Below, piece by piece: positions 17,626 through 25,168 of a stretch of DNA of 31,681 bases; positions within the stretch are counted from its first letter, which is position 1; each line of letters begins with the position of its first letter. A program made the translations under genes and the position numbers. The notes below the pieces were generated by a model. The model made no database searches and was not told the origin of the DNA. It saw only the letters and a list, made by a program, of their open reading frames with translations. The stretch is from a virus (taxonomy: Duplodnaviria; Caudoviricetes), in the IMG/VR virus record IMGVR_UViG_3300044512_002190, positions 1-31,681 of that record. The stretch is one strand, 5' to 3'.

Positions 17626-18354
17626 ATGAGCGGATTTACTAAACTATGGTCAGACATTACGGATTCCAGCATCTGGAATGAGGATGACAAAACCAGAATT
17701 GTATGGATAACAATGCTTGCCAGAATGGGGCCAGATTACGTTGTCAGAGCGTCTGTGGGAGGGCTTGCACACTTGGCAAGGGTAACAAGAGAGGATTGCG
17801 TTAAGTCTCTTCACATCTTATCTGAGCCAGATCCAGACAGTCGCACAAGTGACTTCGAGGGACGAAGGATTGAAAAGATTGAAGGAGGATTTTTTATCAT
17901 CAATGGCAAAAAATGGAGGGAACAGCAAACTGCTGAAAGCCGAAGGGCATACATGCGTGATTATATGAAGAAGTATCGCGCAAAGGACAAAGGTGTAAAC
18001 ACTGTAAAGATTGTAAAGAATGAGTTAACAGAGTTAAGACAAGAAGAAGCAGAAGCAGAAGAAGAAGAAGCTATCTCTAAAGAGAGAGAGAATCGCTCTG
18101 CTGAAATACCAACATGGGATGAAGTCTGGGATCTTGCCCAAATGCGGGGGATACTCAGAGAAACGGCAGAGTCATTCTTTAACTGGCACAATGATAATAA
18201 TTATTGGTTGAACAAATACGGTGCATTGATCAACTGGAAATCAAAACTTCAAAACTGGAAAACAAGATCGCAGAATATTAAAACACAAGGCAATGCTCCA
18301 AAAAGGAAACGAGCATCAGCCGATGAATTACTAAGGAGACTAAACAATGATTGA
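17626..18354 (+). CDS. Phage replication initiator (replisome organizer-like)
   Basis: FTKLWSDITDSSIW...WITMLA...EPDPDSRT..EGRRI N-terminal domain, RRAYMRDYMKKYR linker, FFNWH...W...INWK..LQNW C-terminal domain. Confidence 0.75.
   Translation: MSGFTKLWSDITDSSIWNEDDKTRIVWITMLARMGPDYVVRASVGGLAHLARVTREDCVKSLHILSEPDPDSRTSDFEGRRIEKIEGGFFIINGKKWREQQTAESRRAYMRDYMKKYRAKDKGVNTVKIVKNELTELRQEEAEAEEEEAISKERENRSAEIPTWDEVWDLAQMRGILRETAESFFNWHNDNNYWLNKYGALINWKSKLQNWKTRSQNIKTQGNAPKRKRASADELLRRLNND
17994..18070. repeat. Iteron-like 9-bp-periodic repeats inside the initiator gene (candidate origin)
   Basis: TGTAAAC/TGTAAAG/TGTAAAG at 17994, 18003 and 18012; GTTAAC/GTTAAG at 18024 and 18033; followed by a purine-rich GAA/GCA tract. 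Confidence 0.5.
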
Positions 18355-18940
18355 TGACAAACTGTGGGGCATTAAAAACTTTACGACCAAAGCAAAAAAG
18401 AAAGTTGATTCAAGGGATTGGCCCAAAGAGGTGCGATCATGCAGGATATGCGGTCGCATGGCTGAAGCAGTGATACATCCAGACGCCTATGATGAGTGGC
18501 AGACTCACAGGGACGAAGATGATGCTGACAAATATTTGGGCGTAAAGGTCGTGAAAATGGCCCTTAAGGGTCTTTGCTGCGATAATTGCGGAACTACAAG
18601 GGATCTTTATTTGAGCAGCAAGGAGGGCATGCAAGCGATTGCGGTCGAGCTTATGAGGGTAACTGAAGATGGCGTTTCAAATCTGACTGAAAAACAAGAG
18701 GTTGGATTAATGGCAAATCTCAGAAAGAACATGAAAAATTATTGTGATGCACTTCGAAGAATGAATGGATCTGCCAGCATTATTTTTGATGAAATGTTTG
18801 TCAGCATGGTATGGGAAAGACCACATGGATGCTGGAGAACTTTAAGAGCAATGCAACTTTTCTTGTATCAAAACAAACCAGTCAGGGATCAATACGCTGA
18901 TATGACCAATTGGCTCAAGAGGATGGGAAGTGCTTTATGA
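18347..18940 (+). CDS. Hypothetical Zn-binding protein at the helicase-loader position
   Basis: CRIC...CDNC; no Walker A motif seen. Confidence 0.55.
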   Translation: MIDDKLWGIKNFTTKAKKKVDSRDWPKEVRSCRICGRMAEAVIHPDAYDEWQTHRDEDDADKYLGVKVVKMALKGLCCDNCGTTRDLYLSSKEGMQAIAVELMRVTEDGVSNLTEKQEVGLMANLRKNMKNYCDALRRMNGSASIIFDEMFVSMVWERPHGCWRTLRAMQLFLYQNKPVRDQYADMTNWLKRMGSAL

Positions 18941-19353
18941 GGCCAATATACGAAAACAGATTTACAATGCAGCATGAGCAAGATTTTGCCAGATCCCTTG
19001 AAAAACTTTTGTTGTGTAATCTTGTCAAATGCCCCAGAAACTTCCACATCGATTTTGCAGCAGTAAGAAATGCAAAAGTTGTTTCGTTCATTGAGTTTCG
19101 GAAAAGGAGCAATTCAATGGATTATTATCCAACCTTCATGACTGCTGCGAACAAGAAGATATGCGCTCAAGCAATCAATCGATCAAGCAGCCTACCAGTT
19201 TATATGTTTGTGCAGTGGACCGATCACCTTGGATATGTTGATCTTGTTAACTGCAAAGCCGATTGGAGTGTGGGAGGCAGAAAGGACAGAAATGATCCTG
19301 CTGACTTTGAACCTGTAATACAAATACCACTGTCCGAATTTAAAAGATTATGA
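18937..19353 (+). CDS. Restriction-endonuclease-fold (PD-(D/E)xK-like) protein
   Basis: ATGA-coupled; IDFAAVR...FIEFRKR and GGRKDRND..DFEPV motifs. Confidence 0.6.
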   Translation: MRPIYENRFTMQHEQDFARSLEKLLLCNLVKCPRNFHIDFAAVRNAKVVSFIEFRKRSNSMDYYPTFMTAANKKICAQAINRSSSLPVYMFVQWTDHLGYVDLVNCKADWSVGGRKDRNDPADFEPVIQIPLSEFKRL

Positions 19354-19604
19354 CAAACAGAAAACCAGAGCAAACAGAAATAGATAAGGCAGCCGCAAGC
19401 ATTGTGCAGCATGTAGAAGACCTCACAAACTTTGTTGAAAATTACCCAGATTATCATCTTTATCACATGACTTTTGCATTTGCAGAGGTTGGGGAACTTT
19501 TAGCAAACTGCCACACTATGAACGGTGAAAATGGAAGGGAAGAAATAGACAAAGCCATTCGGATCGTGCGTGAAGGATTGGATGAAAAAAGGGGAGTCAA
19601 TTAA
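19350..19604 (+). CDS. Hypothetical protein
   Basis: 84 aa, ATGA-coupled. Confidence 0.6.
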   Translation: MTNRKPEQTEIDKAAASIVQHVEDLTNFVENYPDYHLYHMTFAFAEVGELLANCHTMNGENGREEIDKAIRIVREGLDEKRGVN

Positions 19605-19611
19605 AAATACT

Positions 19612-19914
19612 ATGATCATCGTCGAGCCTATCATTAACGCAACTGCTGATGCCTATCAAATCAGTGCGACTGAAATAATCGGACGGAGCCGAATCCACCC
19701 AGTTGCTGAAGCAAGAATGGTCGCAATGCATTTAGTTTTAAAACATACACACACTGGAATGCATTACACTGCTGCACGCTTTGGCAAGACCAGTGGATCT
19801 GCTTATTATGCAGACAAGACAATCAGAAAACTTTTAACCATCGACAAAAAACTAAAAGAGAGAGTCAAAAAAATTGAGACAGTAGCAATCGCAAAATTTA
19901 AAAACGAATTATGA
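19612..19914 (+). CDS. Stand-alone DnaA C-terminal (domain IV-like) HTH protein
   Basis: IINATADAYQIS..EIIGRSR..PVAEARMVAMHL...AARFG; start uncertain (19582 or 19612). Confidence 0.75.
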   Translation: MIIVEPIINATADAYQISATEIIGRSRIHPVAEARMVAMHLVLKHTHTGMHYTAARFGKTSGSAYYADKTIRKLLTIDKKLKERVKKIETVAIAKFKNEL

Positions 19915-20297
19915 GTAACTTTGAACATTCAGTATTGGTCAGTGATTTAAAAAAATCATCTAAAGAAATTATTAACGAATTAAAACCTGAACAAGCTGAT
20001 GCCTTGCATATGGCTATCGGGATCGCAGGGGAGTCAGGGGAGTTACTTGACGCAATCAAAAAATGGTCGATTTATCAAAAGCCACTTGATCTTGAAAACG
20101 TGATCGAAGAACTTGGAGATCTGGAATTTTACATGGAAGGGTTACGTCAATCGCTGAACCTAACAAGAGTTCAAACTTTGGTCGAAAACATTGCAAAGCT
20201 TCAAAAAAGATATTCAAAGGGGGGATATTCAAATGATCAAGCCAACGAAAGAGCCGACAAAAAAATGCGGGTTGTGCCTTACGATCAAACCCGCTAA
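19911..20297 (+). CDS. mazG: MazG-like nucleotide pyrophosphohydrolase
   Basis: GIAGESGELLDAIKK...IEELGDLEFY...NIAKLQKRY. Confidence 0.85.
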   Translation: MSNFEHSVLVSDLKKSSKEIINELKPEQADALHMAIGIAGESGELLDAIKKWSIYQKPLDLENVIEELGDLEFYMEGLRQSLNLTRVQTLVENIAKLQKRYSKGGYSNDQANERADKKMRVVPYDQTR

Positions 20298-20385
20298 AGA
20301 TTATCACAAGCGAAATGGAGTCAGGGACGGTCTACAACCTTACTGCAAAAAATGCCGCAAGGAAGACAACTATGGAAAACGATAA
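20233..20385 (+). CDS. Small Zn-finger protein resembling N-termini of HNH/endoVII nucleases
   Basis: KKCGLCLTIKPAKDYHK....DGLQPYCKKC. Confidence 0.65.
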   Translation: MIKPTKEPTKKCGLCLTIKPAKDYHKRNGVRDGLQPYCKKCRKEDNYGKR

Positions 20386-20539
20386 GGTTTTAAATCTTTG
20401 CAAAGTAGCAAGAAAAGTTCTTTGCTATGTTCCAAGATCCTACGAAGATGATGGTTTACATGGTGACCTAGAACGGGCGGTTTATGAGGTGGAACAACAA
20501 TTTCAGCCCACGTGTGTGGAACCTGAAAACCAAAAGTAA
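20372..20539 (+). CDS. Hypothetical small protein
   Basis: 55 aa from ATG 20372 (MENDKVLNL...). Confidence 0.5.
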   Translation: MENDKVLNLCKVARKVLCYVPRSYEDDGLHGDLERAVYEVEQQFQPTCVEPENQK

Positions 20540-20705
20540 AATACCATCAATCTCTGAGATATGGGGGAGGGGGTGATGGTCCTCCCCACTCACTTTCTAA
20601 AAAGACAATTCAACCTAAAATCATTATTCTTGACAATAAGCTCGACAAGAATCCTCAAGGGTATTTAAAATTTTTGGCGAAACATCTACCAAATAAAATT
20701 GTCTT

Positions 20706-20918
20706 ATGAATTCAGATATTACCGAAGAGCAAGCAGAGAGCATGGATCAGGCACTTAAAAGGTTTCAGATACTTGCAAAAAACAAATACATGGCAGGTCA
20801 GCAAGAACACGGTGGAAATCTTTGGGAAAAGCCCAACTTGATTGATCATGCTGAAGAAGAAGTCCTTGATCTCTGGTATTATCTCCAAGGGATCAGGCAA
20901 AAGCTCAAAGACACTTGA
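20706..20918 (+). CDS. Small all-alpha NTP-pyrophosphatase-like protein
   Basis: KYMAGQQEHGGNL...LIDHAEEEVLDLWYYL (EExxD metal motif). Confidence 0.55.
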   Translation: MNSDITEEQAESMDQALKRFQILAKNKYMAGQQEHGGNLWEKPNLIDHAEEEVLDLWYYLQGIRQKLKDT

Positions 20919-21163
20919 TGGACGATGACTTGCCAGAGGATCTCGATCAGTATGCTGCCGATTACTTTGGGCTGAAGAAAGGTGACATTGACATGATCAA
21001 CGAGGCATGTGACAAGTTTTTTGATAGTAGAGGGATGCCAAGGGGCAGAGGATTATTCGAAACAACAAATCAGAAATTCTTTTTACCAAACCACAAACAA
21101 GAAAAAATAGAACAGAAAAAACAAAATGAACCGAATAAAAATAAACGTCGAAAAAGTAGATAA
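20915..21163 (+). CDS. Hypothetical protein
   Basis: About 82 aa, acidic N-terminus and basic C-terminus; overlaps neighbouring genes. Confidence 0.5.
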   Translation: MMDDDLPEDLDQYAADYFGLKKGDIDMINEACDKFFDSRGMPRGRGLFETTNQKFFLPNHKQEKIEQKKQNEPNKNKRRKSR

Positions 21164-21419
21164 GAAATACCTATATAAAGGGGAAAAGGGAACCTATCTG
21201 GACCTTGTATTGTTTGAGTCAACAAATCAACAATATGGAGATACGCACATGGTAGTTCAGTCAATACCCAAAGAAGAACGTGACAAAGGTGAACGAGGGC
21301 CGATTCTTGGCAATGCAACTTTAGAGCTTAATGGGGGATCTCAATATTCTGCACAACCTCCAGTGGATGCTTCAAGAAATGAATCGCCCAAGGTCACAGA
21401 GGATGATATTCCGTTTTAA
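21126..21419 (+). CDS. Putative ssDNA-binding protein
   Basis: Beta-rich core (KGTYLDL, PILGNA), flexible tail and acidic EDDIPF tip characteristic of SSBs. Confidence 0.65.
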   Translation: MNRIKINVEKVDKKYLYKGEKGTYLDLVLFESTNQQYGDTHMVVQSIPKEERDKGERGPILGNATLELNGGSQYSAQPPVDASRNESPKVTEDDIPF

Positions 21420-22285
21420 TGAGCTATAATGTAAAGCCAATCAAATTCGAAGAAGCCTTTAAAAGATTAAAGGCAAGAAAAGAGATCGGTTCTCGTATGA
21501 CTTCAAAGCAGTGGGCGTCACTTCCTGCTGCCATACGGGACCGATCTTTTTTTGCATCAAGGGTTGCGTCAGCACGGTTCCTATCCTCTGCCAAAAAAAT
21601 GCTTGAGGATTTTATGCTGGGAACAAAAGAAGAAGTCATTTCACCAGATGGGGTAAAATCAATTGCTTTTAAAACTGGAGGCAGAGCAGACTTTGTGAAG
21701 AAGATACAAGACTTTGCTATTGCTGAAGGAATGGGTGATCCATTGCCTGCTGGAGTTGGAAGGGGTGATCGTGGAGTCATACCAGAGACAAGGGACATTT
21801 CATCTAATCGCAGACTAAAGCTTGTTTATGATACTAATATCAGATCCTCATATGGATATGGTAACTTTGAAGCGTCTGTTGATCCTGCAATTACAAACGT
21901 GTATCCAGCTTGGAGGTTTATTCGAACAGGTGTAGTCAAGGAACCTCGACCATTACATAAGAGATTTGAAGGAGCAGTAAGAAGAAAAGATGACACAAAA
22001 TTCTGGCTTGAGATGAATAAAAAGGAAATTGGTGGACTTGGTGTTCCGCATGGACCTTGGGGTTTCAACAGTCAAATGGATGTGCAGGAGGTTGGAAGGC
22101 GTGAGGCCGAATCTCTTGGGTTAATAAAGAAAAATCAAAAGATCCGTTCTCCAAAATCGGCATTCAATAAAAAACTGAGTGTGTCTGAAAAGAGAATGGA
22201 TTCAGGTATTTTCAAAATACTTAAAAAAGCAATGGGTGCAAAAATGAAACTCACTGCTGGCAAATTATTATGGGCGAAAAAATAA
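21419..22285 (+). CDS. Mu gpF-like minor head/morphogenesis protein
   Basis: RSFFASRV, RRLKLVYDTNIRSSY, YPAWRF, PRPLH, DDTKFW and PWGFNS motifs. Confidence 0.8.
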   Translation: MSYNVKPIKFEEAFKRLKARKEIGSRMTSKQWASLPAAIRDRSFFASRVASARFLSSAKKMLEDFMLGTKEEVISPDGVKSIAFKTGGRADFVKKIQDFAIAEGMGDPLPAGVGRGDRGVIPETRDISSNRRLKLVYDTNIRSSYGYGNFEASVDPAITNVYPAWRFIRTGVVKEPRPLHKRFEGAVRRKDDTKFWLEMNKKEIGGLGVPHGPWGFNSQMDVQEVGRREAESLGLIKKNQKIRSPKSAFNKKLSVSEKRMDSGIFKILKKAMGAKMKLTAGKLLWAKK

Positions 22286-23532
22286 AGATACATTGTTCAC
22301 ACACTGAACTGAGAGATCCAACATCATTGGTTGAGCATCCCAGAAACTACAATACACATCCGGCAGAGCAGATTCGTTTGCTCGCAAAGATCATTAAGCA
22401 TCAAGGATGGAGAAACCCAATCACAGTTTCAAAGCGATCTGGGTTTGTTGTAAAGGGACATGGTCGGCTCGCTGCCGCAATGCTTCTGAAGACAGAAAAA
22501 GTTCCTGTCGATGTTCAAGATTACAAAGACGAAGCATCTGAAGTTGCTGATATGATCGCTGATAATCGCATTGCTGAACTTGCCGAAGCTGATGAGGATG
22601 CTTTGAAGGATTTGCTGGTGGATGAAGTTTTTAATGGCTTTGATTTGGAGCTAACTGGTTTTGATCCCAAAGAAATAGATTTTAACATAAATGAAAGCGA
22701 AATAACTGATGATTCAGATTATGCTAATGAGTTGGAAAGTAAAGCAGATGAATTGCAAAATCATTGGAAAACTGATCATGGGCAAATATGGAAACTTGGT
22801 GATCATCGCTTAATGTGTGGCGATTCAACTAATCATGATCATGTTGCTAAATTGATGGGTGGCATAAAATCCGAAATGATGTTTACTGATCCACCATATG
22901 GAGTTGATTATTCAGGAGGAGTTCAGTTTCAAAAAAATAAAAGTGTTAAAACAGATAACCGTCAGAAACTCCAAAATGACCATTCAACAGAAATCTACAG
23001 GGATTTTTTGCCAGTTGCTTTATCCTTTGTTGATGGCCCGTGTTACGTTTGGTTTGCGGGTACGAAAGCAAGAGACGTTTACAATGTTATGCATGAAAAC
23101 GAGTGCCAAATTCATGCAATGATTGTATGGCATAAAACAAACGCAACGTATGGGGCAATGAATTCGCAATATAAACAAAGACATGAGCCTTGCTTGTATT
23201 TTAAGCCTAAAGGTTCAAACCTTCGGTGGTGTGGGGATACAACTGAAGCAACTTTGTGGAACCAAGACAGGGATGGAATCAATGATTTTCATCCTACACA
23301 AAAACCAATTGCATTGCCATTAAAAGCAATAAAAAACCACAAGGTAGAAACCGTTTATGACGCTTTTTCAGGAAGCGGATCAACAATTATTGCTTCCGAG
23401 CAATTAAACCGCAAATGCTACGCAATGGAAATCAGTCCTCAGTATGTTGCGGTTGCGATTCAACGTTGGCATGACTTAACAGGCAAAAAACCAGAATTAA
23501 TTTTAGATGTAAATGAGAACACCAAAAACTGA
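22270..23532 (+). CDS. ParB-like N-domain fused to an N6/N4 DNA methyltransferase (beta class)
   Basis: HPRN..TH..EQI, GHGR, IADNRIAE; then HRLMCGDST, FTDPPY, HPTQKP, DAFSGSGST. Confidence 0.9.
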   Translation: MGEKIKIHCSHTELRDPTSLVEHPRNYNTHPAEQIRLLAKIIKHQGWRNPITVSKRSGFVVKGHGRLAAAMLLKTEKVPVDVQDYKDEASEVADMIADNRIAELAEADEDALKDLLVDEVFNGFDLELTGFDPKEIDFNINESEITDDSDYANELESKADELQNHWKTDHGQIWKLGDHRLMCGDSTNHDHVAKLMGGIKSEMMFTDPPYGVDYSGGVQFQKNKSVKTDNRQKLQNDHSTEIYRDFLPVALSFVDGPCYVWFAGTKARDVYNVMHENECQIHAMIVWHKTNATYGAMNSQYKQRHEPCLYFKPKGSNLRWCGDTTEATLWNQDRDGINDFHPTQKPIALPLKAIKNHKVETVYDAFSGSGSTIIASEQLNRKCYAMEISPQYVAVAIQRWHDLTGKKPELILDVNENTKN

Positions 23533-23932
23533 TAGTAAAAGAGCAGTTGCTAATAAAACCAGAAAAGCTGGGAAACCTTACAAACCGTTGCCGGTAGAGA
23601 TGGCAGAAGGATTCGGTCAACTAGGTTTAACTCAGGCAGACATTGCTGGCATTCTTAAAATTTCAGTGAAGACAGTGAATCGTGAATTCGTAAAGCCTGA
23701 TTCTGAATTTGCTGCTGAGTATCGCAAAGGTAAGGCAAAGACATCTCAAAGCTTACGCATGAAACTACTGCGAAGGGCAATCAAGGAAGATCGTGATTCA
23801 CTTCTGCAATTTGCGTTGAAGAACTTTTGTGGAATGAAGGAGCAAGTTGAGGTTGAGAATTCAGGAGAGGTTACTGTCAACATTACCATGGGAGGCAAAG
23901 AAATTGAAATTCCCAAGTGGCTTGAAAATTGA
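23513..23932 (+). CDS. terS: Terminase small subunit
   Basis: HTH (GLTQADIAGILKISVKTV), F.LKN..G and a position immediately before terL. Confidence 0.75.
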   Translation: MRTPKTDSKRAVANKTRKAGKPYKPLPVEMAEGFGQLGLTQADIAGILKISVKTVNREFVKPDSEFAAEYRKGKAKTSQSLRMKLLRRAIKEDRDSLLQFALKNFCGMKEQVEVENSGEVTVNITMGGKEIEIPKWLEN

Positions 23933-25167
23933 ATAAGGACATTAACATTCCTGAACCGCATTCTGGTCAGGCCAAAATCCTCAATCATGCAAAGCGTTTC
24001 AATGTTCTTCAGTGCGGACGAAGATTCGGCAAAACTACGCTAGGTCTTCACATTGCTTTATTTTCAGGAATTGCTGGCAAGACATACGGTTGGTTTTCTC
24101 CGACCTACAAGCTCATGTCAGAGCAATGGACTGAGATCACACGTCAACTTGCTCCGATCGTTTCCAAGACTGATAAGCACACAAGAGAGGTGCATTTAAT
24201 CAATGGGGGAAGAATTGATTTTTGGTCCCTTGAAAAACCAGACGCTGGTCGTGGTCGAAAATACCATGGAGTGATCATCGATGAAGCTTCCGTTGTCAGG
24301 GATTTAAAAACCAAATGGGAACAAGATATTCGTCCCACTCTGACAGATTACAAGGGCAAGGCATGGATCTTAGGAACCCCGAAAGGTCACAATTACTTTC
24401 ATCAGATGTTTCTGAGGGGGCAGAAATTAAATGATGATTGGATAAGCTGGAGACTAGGCACAAAGGACAATCCCACAATACCCGATCTTGAAGCAGAACT
24501 TCTCGATGCAAAAAAGGAACTTCCCGAAGCAATTTTTAATCAGGAATATCTGGGAGTTCCTGCCGATGATGGGGGCAATCCTTTTGGAGTCGATGCAATC
24601 AGGCATTGCTTCATTGATCAAAGCTTCCACCAGACTGCTTGGTTTGGTTGGGATTTGGCAAAATCTCATGACTGGACTTGGGGAGTTGGGCTTGATGAAT
24701 ACGGTTGTCAGACTAAAAACATTCGTTTCCAAAAGTCATGGGCAGAGACAAAAGAAAGCATTATCAAAGAAACTGATTATGTCCCTGCGTTAGTTGATAG
24801 CACGGGAGTTGGTGATCCAATCGTTGAAGATTTAATTGCGGAGGGTAACAATTTTGAGGGTTTTAAATTCTCAAGCACCAGCAAACAATCCTTGATGATG
24901 GGGCTTCGGGCTGCTATCCAGCAAAACAGAGTTAAGTTTTTTGATGTAAGTTTAAAATCTGAGCTTGAAAGCTTCAGTTATGAATACATGGCTGGAGGTG
25001 GTGTAAAATACTCAGCACCAGAAGGGATGCATGACGATGGTGTCATGGCATTGGCACTAGCGGTAGAAAGAATGCGAAGGGGGAACACTGATGGGATTAT
25101 TCGGTCCACTAAAGGGTTTAAATTAGGTACAGCAAAAGCAGCAGCACATCACGGAATAGGATTTTAA
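23929..25167 (+). CDS. terL: Terminase large subunit
   Basis: PHSGQ, GRRFGKT Walker A, IIDEA Walker B, GTPKG, GWDLA and HDDGVMALALA. Confidence 0.95.
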   Translation: MNKDINIPEPHSGQAKILNHAKRFNVLQCGRRFGKTTLGLHIALFSGIAGKTYGWFSPTYKLMSEQWTEITRQLAPIVSKTDKHTREVHLINGGRIDFWSLEKPDAGRGRKYHGVIIDEASVVRDLKTKWEQDIRPTLTDYKGKAWILGTPKGHNYFHQMFLRGQKLNDDWISWRLGTKDNPTIPDLEAELLDAKKELPEAIFNQEYLGVPADDGGNPFGVDAIRHCFIDQSFHQTAWFGWDLAKSHDWTWGVGLDEYGCQTKNIRFQKSWAETKESIIKETDYVPALVDSTGVGDPIVEDLIAEGNNFEGFKFSSTSKQSLMMGLRAAIQQNRVKFFDVSLKSELESFSYEYMAGGGVKYSAPEGMHDDGVMALALAVERMRRGNTDGIIRSTKGFKLGTAKAAAHHGIGF

Positions 25168-25168
25168 T

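Noticed and set aside
22270-23532. Restriction-modification system
   Set aside because: There is no adjacent restriction gene. ParB-MTase fusions beside terS are common orphan phage genes.
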